Source: an uncultured Planctomycetaceae bacterium
GTDB lineage: Bacteria; Planctomycetota; Planctomycetia; Isosphaerales; Isosphaeraceae
Reading direction: 5' to 3'
DNA: 64,000 nucleotides
Assembly (NCBI GenBank): GCA_963708145.1
Contig: OY970189.1
Location: forward strand, 4,978,959-5,042,958
Shown here: positions 40,171-53,066 of the stretch, piece after piece
Numbering within the stretch: the first letter of the stretch is position 1
Layout of the letters: every line of letters starts with the position of its first letter
The notes under the pieces: model-generated
Seen by the model: the letters and a program-made list of their open reading frames with translations, nothing else
What the model was told of the DNA's origin: nothing
Databases searched by the model: none
Program-made: the position numbers and the translations under genes

Positions 40171-42164
40171 ATGTTCTTCGAAGAGGCGCGCGAGCTGCTC
40201 CAGGCCCTGGAAGCGGGCCTGATGGACCTGGAGGCGCAGCAGGGCGACCGCGAGCACCTCGACCGGACCTTCCGCGCCGCGCACACCCTGAAGGGGGCGG
40301 CCGGGATGGTCGGCCTGGCGGCCGATCGCCGAGTTCACCCACAGGGTCGAGGCCGTCCTCGACGAGGTCCGCTCGGGCAAGCTCGGCGTCTCCCCCGAGG
40401 TCATCACCGACGCTGCTGGCGGCGAAGGACCACCTCGGCGGCCAGCGTGGCCGACCAGGAGGAGGGCCGCTCGACCTCCGCGCCGCCGGAGGCTCGTCGC
40501 GAGCCTCGACGCCCTGGTGCACGGGCCGCCCGCGCCGTCGCCGAGGCCGCGCCCCGACGCCGAAGCCGCACCGCCGAGGCCGAACGCCGAGCCCGAGCCG
40601 GCCGTCGCCGAGGCCCGCGGCGTACCGGATCGCGCTGACGCCCCGCCGCGACCTGCTCCGCAAGGGGATCGACCCGCTCGGATGCTCGACGAGCTGCGCG
40701 AGCTGGGCGACGGTCCGCGTCGTCGCCGACTGCGACCGCGTGCCCCCCCTCGACGAGCTCGACGCCCGCGATTGCTACCTGGCCTGGACCATCGAGCTGA
40801 CGACCGCCGCCGCGCCGGAGCAGGTCGAGGGGGTCTTCCTGTTCCTCGACGACCGCGAGCCAGGTCGCGATCGAGGCGCTCGACGGCGCCGCGCGCCGGC
40901 ACCCCGGCCGGTCCCCGCGCCGGAGCCCGCCGACGCCCCAGCCGAGGCCCGGCGCCGCCCGAGGCCGGCGCAGGCCGCGCGGGTGCGGGTCGATGCCGAC
41001 CAGCTCGACGAGCTGGTGGGCATGGCCGGCGAGCTGGCGGTCCTGACCGACAGCCTCCAGGGGCTCGGCCGAGCTGGACGGCGTCGGGCCCTGGTCGCCG
41101 GACGCTCGAGGCGCTGGAACGGCTCGGCAGGCGGCTCCGCGACGCGACCCTGGAGCTGCGGATGGTGCCGGTCGAGGAGCTGTTCGTGCGGTTCCCGCGC
41201 GTCGTCCGCGACCTGTCCGAGAGGTCGGGCAAGCAGATCGCGCTTCGGATCGAGGGGGAGGAGACGCTGCTCGACCGCACGATCATCGAGCGGCTGTTCG
41301 ACCCGATGATCCACCTGATCCGCAACGCGGTCGACCACGGCCTGGAGACCCCCGAGGAGCGACGGGCCGCGGGCAAGCCGCCGACCGGCCGGATCACGAT
41401 CGGCGCCGGGCACGAGGGGGACCGCGTGGCGATCCGGATCGAGGACGACGGCCGCGGCCTCGACCGGCCGAAGATCGCTCCGCAAGGGGATCGCGCTGGG
41501 GATGCTCCCGCCCGGACACGCCCCCGGACGACCCGCGGGTCGGCAACCTGATCTTCGAGCCGGGCTTCTCGACCCGCGACAAGGCGGGCGAGCTGTCGGG
41601 CCGCGGCGTCGGGCTCGACGTGGTCCGCGACACGATCCGCGGCCTGCGGGGCACGCGTCACCCTCCGCAGCGTCGAGGGCCAGGGGCACGACCTTCCTGA
41701 TCCACCTGCCGCTGACCCTGGCGATGATCGACGGCCTGCTGGTCGAGGTCGACGGCGGCCGGTACGTCGTGCCGATGGGCCAGGTCGACGAGTGCATCGT
41801 CGCTGGCGGCCGACGGCGCCGGTCTCGACGATGGGCCGCCGGGCCGCCGTCGTCCGCGGCGACCTGGTCCCGATCGTCTCGCTGCGACGGGACCTTCCGG
41901 CCGCGGAGGCGCCCCGACGGCGGCCGCCGCGAGCTGCTCCTGACCCGCCACGCCGAGCAGCGCGTGGCGCGTGGCCGTCGATCGCCTGCTCGGCCGCGTC
42001 CAGGCGGTGATCCAGCCGCTCGACGAGGGCCTGGCCGGCCTCGGCGGTACTCCGGCGCCACGATCCTGGGCGACGGCTCGATCAGCCTGATCCTCGACCT
42101 GGCCACCCTGGTCGCCGAGGCCCGCGCCGCCGAGCGCGTCGCGGCGGTCCCGTCACCGTCCTGA
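40171..42164 (+). CDS. cheA: chemotaxis histidine kinase CheA (P1-P5), at least 4 apparent frameshifts
   Basis: P1/Hpt FRAAHTLKGAAGMVG; dimerisation/HATPase LELRMVPVEELFVRFPRVVRDLSERSGKQIALRIEGEETLLDRTIIERLFDPMIHLIRNAVDHGLE...; P5 CheW-like ...TFLIHLPLTLAMIDGLLVEVDGGRYVVPMGQVDE. Confidence 0.85.
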
Positions 42165-42210
42165 CGTCCGTCACCCGAACCGGCACCCGACGAGCCGCGA
42201 GGTCGCACCC

Positions 42211-43969
42211 ATGAAGTGGTCGTTCCGAAACAAGCTGATCGTCGGCGTTCCTGCTGTTCAGCCTGGTGCCGACCCTGCTGATGACCTTCGTGACCTTCGA
42301 GGCGACCGAGCAGGTCAAGGACCGCGCCGCGCGGCTCGTCTACCGCAACGCCGTGGTCGCGCCATCCGGGCCCTGAGCCACGTCGATCCTGGAGGAGGCC
42401 GGCGAGGGCGCCGAGCCCGTCCTGGACCGGACCAACCTCGGGCCGGTCGCCGACCTGTTCGACCAGATCGTCCAGGAGATCCAGATCCCGACGCTGCGGC
42501 TGGCCCTGGTCGCCCCCGACCTGACCGTGCTGGCCACCGGCTCGCGGCGCGACGAGCGCGAGCTCGTTCGTCGCGGGCCAGAAGCTCCCGAACCCCTACG
42601 CCGAGCTGGTCCGCGACGCGTCGGGCCGGACCGCGGGGCTGCGATCCGACGGCAAGCCGTACGTCGAGATCGACGACGGCGCGACCGGCCCGGAGGTCGT
42701 CGGGATCGGCTCGCGTCAATCTGCTCGAGAAGGAGGGGAGCCAGCCCGCGGCGTTCACCGTCCTGGCCGTCGCGCCGAGCGGGACGTCTACCGGCTCGAT
42801 CAACACGATCCGCTACGAGAACCTGGCGGTGCTTCGCCGCCTGCCTGGCGGCCACGATCCTGGTCGGGGCCGTGGCTGGGCAACCGCTTCGTGCGGCCCC
42901 TGGCCGAGGTCGCCCGAGGTCGACGCGCGACCTGGAGCACGGCCACCTCGACGTCCGCTCGCACGTCAAGCGGGGCGACGAGTTCGGCGACCTCGTCGCG
43001 CGCAGGTCAACTCGGTGATCGAGCGGCTCGGCGACGTGATCCGCGAGATCGGCCAGGCGACCACCTCGGTCTCGACCGCCAGCAGCGAGCTCAGCGCCAG
43101 CGCCCAGCAGCTCTCGCAGGGGGCGACCGAGCAGGCCAGCACGATCCAGGAGATCGCCTCCAGCCTCCAGACGGTGGACGCCTCGGTCAAGGCCAACGCC
43201 CAGCACGCGCAGCACGACGGCGCAGGACCGCGGGCGACGTCAGCGCCCAGGCCGAGGACGGCGGCCAGGCCGTCGAGGAGACGGTCGAGGCGATGCGGCA
43301 GATCGCCGGCAGGATCAAGGTCGTCGAGGACATCGCCTACCAGACCAACCTGCTGGCCCTGAACGCCGCGATCGAGGCCGCCCGCGCCGGCACGCAGGGC
43401 AAGGGGTTCGCCGTCGTCGCGGGCGAGGTCCGCAAGCTCGCCGAGCGGAGCCAGCAGGCCGCGCACCAGATCGGCGAGCTGGCCGAGACGAGCGTCAAGG
43501 TGGCCGAGAACGCCGGCCGACTGCTGGAGAAGATCGTGCCGATCGATCCGCCACACCTCGAAGCTGATCCAGGAGATCGCCGCCGCGTCGCAGGAGCAGA
43601 CCTCGGCGATCCACCAGATCAACGTCGGCGTCCGCCAGCTCGACGAGGTCGTCCAGCAGAACGTCTCGGCGAGCGTCGAGCTCGCCTCGACGGCCGCCTC
43701 GCTGGCCGCGCAGGCGACCACGCTGGAGCACCTCGTCGGGTTCTTCCACCTGGGCGACGAGCACCCCGTCGCCCACCGCGCCGCGGATGCCGGCCCGGCC
43801 GTTCCCGCGCCCGCTCGCGCACCACGCCCCGCCGGCCCATCCCCCGGCGATCCGGCACGCCGACGGGTCGCCCGCGACCCGCAACGCCTCGCCCCCGACG
43901 GCTCCGCCCCCGGCCTCGGGCGGGATCGTGGTCAACCTGGACGACGACGCGGACTTCGAGCGGTTCTGA
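42211..43969 (+). CDS. methyl-accepting chemotaxis protein, at least 3 apparent frameshifts
   Basis: N-terminal TM, HAMP, highly conserved signalling domain ...[63 protein letters not shown]..., methylation helices ([28 protein letters not shown]). Confidence 0.85.
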
Positions 43970-44117
43970 CGCCGCCCCGAGATTCCGGCGAGACTGGCGA
44001 AGATTGGAGAACATCCGGCCTCCGATCTCGGATAATAAGCTTGAGGGCGGCGTGAGAGTTGATGGGGTGGTCAGGGCAAAGAAGGCGTGCCCCGGCCACC
44101 CGCTGTGGAGATGATTT

Positions 44118-44600
44118 GTGGCGGCACCCACATTCTCACCACTGACGGAAAATGAACGAGCCTGGCTCCGGAACAACCTGGAAACGTTGCCCTTGTTCAT
44201 CGATACCTATTTGCCGGAGCACAGCGGCCAGCCGATCACCCTTCCGGTCTTGGATCGGGCCTTCGCGTCGTGGCTGGCGCATGATATACGGGACAATAAT
44301 CAGGTCAATGCGGCAATCAACTCGGTCGGCATTCGGTTCGGACAATTCCTCGTCGACGAGGCCGGGTTTCAATGGGTCATTGCCACCGACCGAGCCGCGT
44401 CCGATCTGGCGGTCCTCGCACTACCCGGGCGGGGTGATGTCTTGGTTTACCCGGCGAACTTCGTGGCCAAGAGGTGGGAGCGAGCGGGTGAACGGACTTC
44501 GTTGGCTCGGGCGTTCGAGGACATTCGGGAGCAAGTTCGAGTCGGTCGAGTCTTGTCGGGTCGCGACGTATCTCGGCGACCGTGGTGGCGGTTCTGGTGA
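44118..44600 (+). CDS. hypothetical protein (160 aa) embedded in che operon; GC about 57% vs about 70% flanks
   Basis: GTG start; LTENERAWLRNNLETLPLFIDTYLPEHSGQPITLPVLDRAFASWLAHDIRDNNQVNAAINSVGIRFGQFLVDEAGFQWVIATD...; AT-rich codons (ttg, aat, ata) atypical for window. Confidence 0.55.
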   Translation: MAAPTFSPLTENERAWLRNNLETLPLFIDTYLPEHSGQPITLPVLDRAFASWLAHDIRDNNQVNAAINSVGIRFGQFLVDEAGFQWVIATDRAASDLAVLALPGRGDVLVYPANFVAKRWERAGERTSLARAFEDIREQVRVGRVLSGRDVSRRPWWRFW

Positions 44601-44656
44601 GGGCCGAAGCGACATGTCCACACGCGATCCATCCGAGGTCACGTCCAGGTGATACC

Positions 44657-45160
44657 ATGAGCCACGTCGAGGAAGGGGTCGAGATCGACGACGAGCGGGT
44701 CGAGTCGTTCGTCGTGTTCCAGCTCGGCGGCGAGAGCTACGCGCTGGAGGTGGCGCGGGTCCGCGAGGTGCTCGACGTGGCGGCGCTGAGCCGGGTGCCC
44801 GGCGGGGCGCGGGCGCTGGTCGGGCTGTACAACCTCCGGGGCCACGTCGTCCCGGTCTGGGACCTGCGCGTCCCGTTCGGGCTGCCCGAGGAGGATGCGG
44901 CGGGACGGGCGCCGAGCATCCTGATGGTCGAGCCCGACCCGGCGCAGCCGTCGCGGGTGGCGGGGCTGCTGGTGGACCGGGTCTCCGACGTCCTGGAGTT
45001 CCTGCCCGAGGACGTCCAGCCGTCGCCGACGCTCGGCCTCGGCGGCGGCTCGACGTTCGTGCGGGGCCTGATCCGGCACCAGGAGCGGTTCCTCCTGGTG
45101 ATCGACCTGGACCGGGTCTTCGCGGCGCTGACCGAGGAACCGAGCCCCGAGGCCGCCTGA
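44657..45160 (+). CDS. cheW: chemotaxis coupling protein CheW
   Basis: Intact 167-aa ORF; FVVFQLGGESYALEVARVREVLDV...LVGLYNLRGHVVPVWDLR...VAGLLVDRVSDVLEF...GLIRHQERFLLVIDLDRV. Confidence 0.9.
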   Translation: MSHVEEGVEIDDERVESFVVFQLGGESYALEVARVREVLDVAALSRVPGGARALVGLYNLRGHVVPVWDLRVPFGLPEEDAAGRAPSILMVEPDPAQPSRVAGLLVDRVSDVLEFLPEDVQPSPTLGLGGGSTFVRGLIRHQERFLLVIDLDRVFAALTEEPSPEAA

Positions 45161-45161
45161 C

Positions 45162-46038
45162 GTGTCGCAGCCCCAGGGCCCCGAACCGCCCCGACCCCGA
45201 CCCCGAGCCCGAGCCCTGGTCGGCCGACGACTTCCGGCCGATCGCGGCGGTCCTCCGCGCCCGGCAGGGGGGCGATCGCTCCCGCCGCAGCGGCTGGCCT
45301 GATCCAGTCGCGGCTCCAGGCGCGGCTCCAGGCGCGGGGCATCCCGAGCTTCACCTGGTTCCACGACCGCGTGCTCCGCGTCCGGCCCGACGGGCACGGC
45401 ATGCAGATGCTGATCGACCTGAGCACGGTCAACCACACGTCGTTCTTCCGCGAGCCCGACCAGCTCCGCTTCCTGGCCGAGCGGCTGGCCGAGCGGCTGC
45501 GCGCAGGGCCGCCCGGGCCGGTCCGCGTCTGGTCGGCGGGGTGCTCGGCCGGGCAGGAGCCGTACAGCCTGGTCGATGGCGCTGGCCGAGCTCGTCCCGA
45601 TGCCGGGGCCCGACGCAGTTCGAGCTCTGGGCGACCGACCTGTCGATGCAGATGATCCGGTCCGCCGCGGCGGCGATCTACGAGGCCCGCGACCTGGCCG
45701 ACGTCCCCCCCGAGCGGCTCCGGCGGTTCTTCCTCCGCGGGCGGGGGCCGCGGACGGGGACGGTGCGGGTCGCGCCCGAGGTCCGCCGGCTCGGTCCGGT
45801 TCCAGCAGTTCGACCTGCGGGACCCCGACGTGGCCGGTCCCCGCCGAGTTCGACGCGATCCTCTGCCGCAACGTCCTGCTCTACTTCGACGAGGCCGAGC
45901 GGGTCCCGATGCTCGACCGGATGGCGGGCCGGCTCCGCGACGGCTGCTGGCTCGCGGTGGGCAACTGCGAGATCCTGCCCGACCGGCCCGGCTGCTCCGC
46001 AAGCTCGCCCCGTCGCTCTATCGCAAGGTGGCGGCGCC

Positions 46039-46042
<4 letters not shown>
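45162..46042 (+). CDS. cheR: chemotaxis protein methyltransferase CheR, at least 2 apparent frameshifts
   Basis: ...SFTWFHDRVLRVRPDGHGMQMLIDLSTVNHTSFFREPDQLRFL...VRVWSAGCSAGQEPYSL... / ...ELWATDLSMQMIRSAAAAIYEARDL... / ...FDAILCRNVLLYFDEAERVPMLDRMAGRLRDGCWLAVGNCE; stop overlaps cheB start. Confidence 0.8.
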
Positions 46043-47249
<1,207 letters not shown>

Positions 47250-47250
47250 T

Positions 47251-48507
47251 TCACCAGTCGACCACCGAGCCGTCGTCCTCGTCGTAGGACTCCTGGTTCT
47301 TCCAGTCGTGGCCGATCTTGCCGGCCAGGGCGTCCTCGTCGAGCTCGATGCCCAGGCCGGGGCCGGTGGGCAGGTCGAGGTAGCCGCCGCGGACGACGAA
47401 CGGACGCTTCAGGTAGCCCTCGCCGAGCGAGACCTGCTCCTGGCAGAGGAAGTTGGGGATCGCCGCGGCGAGCTGGACGCCCGCGGCCAGCGAGATCGGC
47501 CCGAGCGGGTTGTGCGGCGCGATCGCGGCATAATACGCCTCGGCCATGCCGGCGATCAGGCGGACCTCGGTGATCCCCCCGGCGTGGCACAGGTCGGGCT
47601 GGAGGATCGTCGCGGCCTTCTTCTCCAGCACCTCGCGGAACCCCCACTTGGTGAAGACCCGCTCGCCCGTGGCGATCGGCAGGTGGGTGCCGCGGGCGAT
47701 CTCGGCCATCACGTCGTGGTTCTGCGCCTGGCACGGCTCCTCGACGAACATCGGCTGGTACGGCTCCAGCGCCTTGATCAGCAGCTTGGCCGTCGCCGGG
47801 CTGATGGCGCCGTGGAAGTCGATGGCGATGTCGACGTCGTCGCCGACGGCCTGCCGCATCGCGGCGAACCGCTCGGCGGCGTACCGCACCGCGGCCGGCG
47901 TCTCGACGTAGCGGGCGGGCCGTCGCGCGGCGGGGCGGGTCTTGAAGGCGGTGAAGCCCCTCGCCAACTGCTCCTTGACCTGCTCGGGGTTCCTCGCGTG
48001 CGCGTAGACGCGGACGCGGTCGCGGGTCGGGCCGCCGAGCAGCTCGTAGACCGGCACGCCCAGCGCCTTGCCCTTGATGTCCCACAGCGCCTGGTCGATG
48101 CCGCTCAGGGCGCTGGTCAGGATCGGGCCGCCGCGGTAGAAGGCGTGGCGGTAGATCGCCTGCCAGTGGTGCGCGACCCGCCTCGGGTCCTTGCCGACGA
48201 GGTACGGCTCGATCTCCTTGACCGCCGTCGCGACGGTCTCGGCGCGCCCCTCGACGACCGGCTCGCCCAGGCCGACGATCCCGGCGTTGGTGTGGACCTT
48301 CAGGAACAGCCAGCGCGGCTTGACCGCGAAGGTCTCCAGCCGCGTGACCTTGATCGTCTCGCGGGCGGAGACCGGCGCGTCGCGGCCGACGCGCTCCTGG
48401 GCCTCGGCCTCGGCCCTCTCGAGCGCGGCCCAGCCCAGCGCCGCGACGGAGCCGGCCAGGAGGGATCGACGGCTGACGGATCTCGGTGCGTTCGGCGACG
48501 GTCGCAT
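47251..48507 (-). CDS. dgoD: D-galactonate dehydratase (enolase superfamily) with Tat-type signal peptide
   Basis: Intact ORF; MRPSPNAPRSVSRRSLLAGSVAALGWAAL then IKVTRLETFAVKPRWLFLKVHTNAGIVGLGEPVVEGRAETV...GGPILTSALSGIDQALWDIKGKALGVPVYELLGG...EEPCQAQNHD...LQPDLCHAGGITE, closely parallel to DgoD. Confidence 0.85.
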   Translation of the reverse strand: MRPSPNAPRSVSRRSLLAGSVAALGWAALERAEAEAQERVGRDAPVSARETIKVTRLETFAVKPRWLFLKVHTNAGIVGLGEPVVEGRAETVATAVKEIEPYLVGKDPRRVAHHWQAIYRHAFYRGGPILTSALSGIDQALWDIKGKALGVPVYELLGGPTRDRVRVYAHARNPEQVKEQLARGFTAFKTRPAARRPARYVETPAAVRYAAERFAAMRQAVGDDVDIAIDFHGAISPATAKLLIKALEPYQPMFVEEPCQAQNHDVMAEIARGTHLPIATGERVFTKWGFREVLEKKAATILQPDLCHAGGITEVRLIAGMAEAYYAAIAPHNPLGPISLAAGVQLAAAIPNFLCQEQVSLGEGYLKRPFVVRGGYLDLPTGPGLGIELDEDALAGKIGHDWKNQESYDEDDGSVVDW

Positions 48508-48759
48508 GGTCGGGGACCTCGGCGGGCTCGGGTGGGTCGTGCGGTGGGGATGCGAGGGCGCGGGCCGGGCCCGCGCCGCGGCCCCGATCTTCGCCGCGCG
48601 CCGAGGGCCCGTCAACGCCCCTCCGCCCGCGGACGGGTCTCGACACGACCCCGCGCGCCGAGTAGTTATGGATCGCCCGCAGCCCGGGCCACCCGCCTCC
48701 TCCACCGTCTCTCCGACCGGGGGCAAGCCGAACGATGGGCGGACTTCAGGATCGTGCGG

Positions 48760-50083
48760 ATGGATGGGCCCCCGCCGTCGCGGGCCGCTGGCCGGTGCGA
48801 CACCGCGTCCTGGCGCTTCGCCGTCGCGCTGGCGGGGATCACCTACCTCGACCGCGTCGCCATCGCCAGGACGGCCCCCGACATGATGCGCGACCTGGGG
48901 CTGTCGAAGGTGAAGATGGGGTTCGTCTTCAGCGCCTTCACGCTCGCCTACGCGCTGTTCGAGATCCCGACCGGGGCGTGGGGCGACCGGATCGGGACGC
49001 GGAGGGTGCTGACGCGGATCGTCGCGTGGTGGTCGACCTTCACGATCGCCACGGCCTTCGCGAGGGGCTACGCCTCGCTGCTGGCCATCCGCTTCCTGTT
49101 CGGCGCCGGCGAGGCGGGGGCGTTCCCCAACGTCTCGCGGACCTTCTCGCGCTGGTTCCCGGCCGCCGAGCGCGGCACGGCGCAGGGCATCTTCTTCATG
49201 GGGGCGCACCTCGGCGGCGGGCTCACGCCGATGCTCGTCGCGGCCCTGCTGCCGCACATGCACTGGCGGGCGGTCTTCGTCGCCTTCGGGGCCGTCGGCT
49301 TCGTCTGGGCCCTGGCGTGGTTCCGATGGTTCCGCGACGAGCCGGCCGACCACCCCGCGGTGCGCCCCGAGGAGCTGAAGCTCATCGAGTCCGGCCGCGA
49401 GCCGCAGGCCCCCCACCGGCTCGACGCCGCGACCCTGCGCCGGGTCGTGACCGACCGCAACCTGGTGGCGCTCTGCCTGATGTACTTCACCCAGGCGTAC
49501 GGGTTCTACTTCAACCTCACCTGGCTGCCGACCTACCTGGAGAAGGTGCGCGGGTTCTCCGGCGATGCGGCTCGGCTTGCTGGCGGGCCTGCCCCTGATC
49601 CTCAGCGCGCTGGCCGACCTGCTCGGCGGCCTGACGACCGACCGGATCAGCCGCCGCTTGGGACTGAGGGCGGGCCGGTGCGGCGTCGGGGGCGCCTCGC
49701 TGCTGATCGCCGGGGTCGCTCTGATCGCCGGGGTCGCCGCCCGCGATCCCCTCGCCGCGGCGCTGCTGATCTCGCTGTCCGGCGCGGCGGCGAGCTTCCT
49801 GCTGGGGGCCTCTGGGGCGTCTGCCTCGACATCGCCGGGCCTCACGCCGGGCTGGTCACCGCCTGCATGAACACCGCGGGACAGGTCGGTGCCGTGCTCA
49901 GCCCGATCATCCTGCCGTTCTTCCTCCAGAGGACCCCCGAGGACTGGACCACCCCCTTGCTACATCGCAGGGGCGCTCTACCTCGCCGGCGCGGCGTGCT
50001 GGATCTTCGTCGACCCCCGCCGGCCGATCGCGCTCGGGGCAGGCGAGCCGTCCCCTCTGGGGGCGGGCCCCGGCGAGACCTGA
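48760..50083 (+). CDS. MFS transporter (sugar-acid/ExuT-DgoT-like), 2 apparent frameshifts near 49560 and 49870
   Basis: FAVALAGITYLDRVAIARTAPDMMRDLGLSKVKMGFVFSAFTLAYALFEIPTGAWGDRIGTRRVL...FLFGAGEAGAFPNVSRTFSRWFPAAERGTAQG... then MRLGLLAGLPLILSALADLLGG..., ...TACMNTAGQVGAVLSPIILPFF in shifted frames. Confidence 0.8.
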
Positions 50084-50176
50084 GGCCCGCGGGCCGGCGA
50101 AACCCCGGGCGATCCGCGGGGGTATCCTCGGGCGGGAGGGGAGCCGCTCGCGACGTCCGCGAGCGCCCCGGCGGCC

Positions 50177-51504
50177 TTGCGGGAGGGTCTCACCGTGCAG
50201 AAACCGATCGCCATGTTCGTGTGCCTGCTGGTGGCCTTCGCCGGTGCCTCGTCGGCGTTCGAGGTCGAGGCCACGATCAAGAAGGTTGATGCCGCGAACC
50301 GCCGCGTGTCGTTCGCGGCGGGGCAGCAGGACCGCACCGCGACGGTCGCCCCGGATGCGAAGATCCTGTCCGCCAACGGCCAGGAGCTCGCGGACGGCCT
50401 CGCTTCGAAGGACCTGAAGGAAGGCGCCGTGGTGACGCTCTCCGTCGAGAGGGTCGAGAATCGGCCGGTGATCCGGGCGATCCGGCTGGGCGGGGGCGTC
50501 GCCGGAGGAGCGGCATCAAAGGAGGCCGAGCCGACGCAAGACCCGTCCAAGGTCGAGAAGCAGGATACCTCCAGGCTGATCCCCCTGACCGACCTCGGCA
50601 CGAGAGACTATCAGGGCTTCCCGGGGGGCCTCTATCCGGACGGCAAGAACACCCGCCCCGCCGGCCACGAGGACGCGGGGCGGGCGCTGGCCGGACGGGT
50701 CCGGCCGCTCGACGCGGAGGGCAGGCCGAGCCCCGACGGCAAGATCGTGCTGCTGGGGATCGGCTTCAGCAACACCGTCCAGGCGTTCAATGGGTTCATG
50801 CAGGTCGCCAAGGGCGACGAGGAGATCAACCCCAAGGTCGTGCTCGTCAACGGCGCGGTGGGCGGGATGTCGGCCGCGATGATCCAGGACCCCGACCAGG
50901 GCCGGGGCAAGCAATACTGGGCCACCGTCGACGAGCGACTGGAGGCCGCGGGCGTGTCGCGGGCGCAGGTGCAGGTCGTGTGGATCAAGGAGACCAACCC
51001 CGCGCCGCACGAGGGGGGGTTCCCCAAGTACGTGCAGGACTTGCAGGCGCAGCTCGCCAAGATCGTGGGGATCGTCCACGACCGCTTCCCCAACGCGAGG
51101 CTCGCCTATTTCTCCAGCCGCACCTACGGAGGGTGGGCCATGCGGAAGCCCGGCGGGGGCGCACCGGCAACTCCGAGCCCTTCTCCTACGAGTCGGGCTT
51201 CGCCGTGAAGTGGTTGATCGAGCAGCAGCTCAAGGGCGACCCCGCGCTGAACTACGACCCGGCCAAGGGGACGGTCAAGTCGCCCTGGCTGAGCTGGGGA
51301 CCCTACCTGTGGGCCAATGCCCCCCTGCCGCGCGGCGACGGCGTCCGCTTCGAACTTGCCGACTTCTCGACGAAGGACCGGATGCACGAGTCGCCGGCCG
51401 GGCAGGTCAAGGTCGGCAAGATGCTCCTGCAATTCTTCAAGGCCGACCCGACGACCCGGGCCTGGTTCGTCCGCGACGGCGCCAGGCCCGGCCCCCCCGA
51501 GTGA
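50177..51504 (+). CDS. secreted hypothetical protein; apparent frameshift near 51150
   Basis: Signal peptide MFVCLLVAFAGASSA; ...KIVLLGIGFSNTVQAFNGFMQVAKGDEEINPKVVLVNGAVGGMSAAMIQDPDQGRGKQYWATVDERLEAAGV... then ...FSYESGFAVKWLIEQQLKGDPALNYDPAKGTVKSPWLSWGPYLWANA. Confidence 0.6.
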
Positions 51505-51660
51505 GCGAGGCAATCGTCGACGGGTCGCGCCTTGGATTTGAGTCGCGGAGCCGGTAAGTTCCAGGCTGCGCACCTCGTCGCGAGTCGCACGGGCGTTGGC
51601 GGCAATCGCCGGTTACGGTGCGCTTCGCCAGGCCGGGACGTCCCGGAGGGAGTCGCCGCA

Positions 51661-53061
51661 GTGAAGCCCGCATCGGTCCCCCGACCCGGCCCCGTGAGCC
51701 GCCGCGCCTTCGTCCAGGCCGGGGCGGCCGGCGCCCTGTCGGCCGCCAGCTACGCGCGGGTCGTCGGGGCCAACGACCGCGTCGGCGTCGGGTTCATCGG
51801 CTTCGGCCTGATCGGCAAGCGCCACGTCCTCGACTTCCGCGACCAGCCCGACGTCGCGGCCGTGGCCGTCGCCGAGGTCCACCGCGGCCGTCTCGACGAG
51901 GCGACCGCGCTGATCGGCGGCCCGGTCCGGGGGCACGGCGACTTCCGCCGCCTGCTCGACGACCGCGACGTCGACGCCGTCGTCGTCTCGACCCCCGACC
52001 ACTGGCACGCCCTGATGACCATGATGGCGTGCGCCGCCGGCAAGGACGTCTACGTCGAGAAGCCCACGAGCCTCTTCGTGCGCGAGGGGCGGTGGATGGT
52101 CGAGGTGGCGCGTCGCAATCGCCGCGTCGTCCAGGTCGGCACGCAGCAGCGCTCCGGCCCGCATTACCGACGGGCCCGCGACCTGATCCGGGCGGGCCAC
52201 ATCGGGCCGGTCACGTCGGTCCGGATGGCGGTCTACCGCAACATCATGCCCGGCTTCGGCACCCCGCCCGACGGCGACCCGCCCGCCGGGCTCGACTGGG
52301 ACCTGATGCTCGGCCCGGCACCCTATCATGCGTACAACCCGCACCGGGCCCTGTACCACTTCCGCTGGTTCTGGGACTACTCGGGCGGCCAGATGACCAA
52401 CCTCGGCCAGCACCAGCTCGACATCGTCCACTGGTGCCTCGACCCGGCGGGGCCGTCGGCGGTCGCCAGCGCCGGCGGCCGGTTCAGCCTGCGCGACGAC
52501 GGCGAGACGCCCGACACGCAGGACGTGCTGTTCGAGTATCCCGGGTTCATCGCCTCGTGGTCGCACCGCGAGGCGGCGCGGCGGCCTGGCGCCGTCCTAT
52601 CCGCTGGAGTTCCTCGGCCCTCGCGGGAGCCTGGCGATCTCCCGCAAGGGGTTCGTCGTCACGCCCGACCGCCAAGGTGCCGCCCGAGAGCGTCGTGCCC
52701 CGGTTCGGCGGCGCGCACCCGGTCGGCGGCCCGTCCCGGGCCCCGGAGCCGGCCACGGAGACGTTCTGGACCGAGGCGGTCCGCGACCAGACCGGGCGAC
52801 GAGTACGACCAGTTCCGCCGGCACGCCCGCGACTTCCTCGACTGCGTCAAGACGCGGCGCGAGCCGGCCTCGGACCTGGAGAGCGGCCATCGCGTCGCCA
52901 CCGCCTGCCACCTGGCGAACCTGTCGTTGCGGCTGGGCCGCAAGCTCCGCTGGGACGTCGAGCAGGAGACGATCCCCGACGACCCCGAGGCGGCCCGGAT
53001 GCTCGAACGCCCGTATCGGCCCCCGTGGGACGCCGTCCTCAAGGGGCTGGGAGTGGGGTGA
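51661..53061 (+). CDS. Gfo/Idh/MocA-family oxidoreductase with Tat signal; apparent frameshifts near 52580-52800
   Basis: SRRAFVQAGAAGALSAASYA (twin-Arg), Rossmann VGVGFIGFGLIGKRHVLDF, ...AVVVSTPDHWHALMTMMACAAGKDVYVEKP..., C-terminal ...DEYDQFRRHARDFLDCVKTRREPASDLESGHRVATACHLANLSLRLGRKLRWD. Confidence 0.85.
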   Translation: MKPASVPRPGPVSRRAFVQAGAAGALSAASYARVVGANDRVGVGFIGFGLIGKRHVLDFRDQPDVAAVAVAEVHRGRLDEATALIGGPVRGHGDFRRLLDDRDVDAVVVSTPDHWHALMTMMACAAGKDVYVEKPTSLFVREGRWMVEVARRNRRVVQVGTQQRSGPHYRRARDLIRAGHIGPVTSVRMAVYRNIMPGFGTPPDGDPPAGLDWDLMLGPAPYHAYNPHRALYHFRWFWDYSGGQMTNLGQHQLDIVHWCLDPAGPSAVASAGGRFSLRDDGETPDTQDVLFEYPGFIASWSHREAARRPGAVLSAGVPRPSREPGDLPQGVRRHARPPRCRPRASCPGSAARTRSAARPGPRSRPRRRSGPRRSATRPGDEYDQFRRHARDFLDCVKTRREPASDLESGHRVATACHLANLSLRLGRKLRWDVEQETIPDDPEAARMLERPYRPPWDAVLKGLGVG

Positions 53062-53066
53062 TCGCG

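Noticed and set aside
47308-50289. 993-aa plus-strand ORF overlapping dgoD antisense and continuing into the MFS gene
   Set aside because: First about 1.2 kb is antisense to the well-supported dgoD; only the 48760+ part (MFS transporter) is real.
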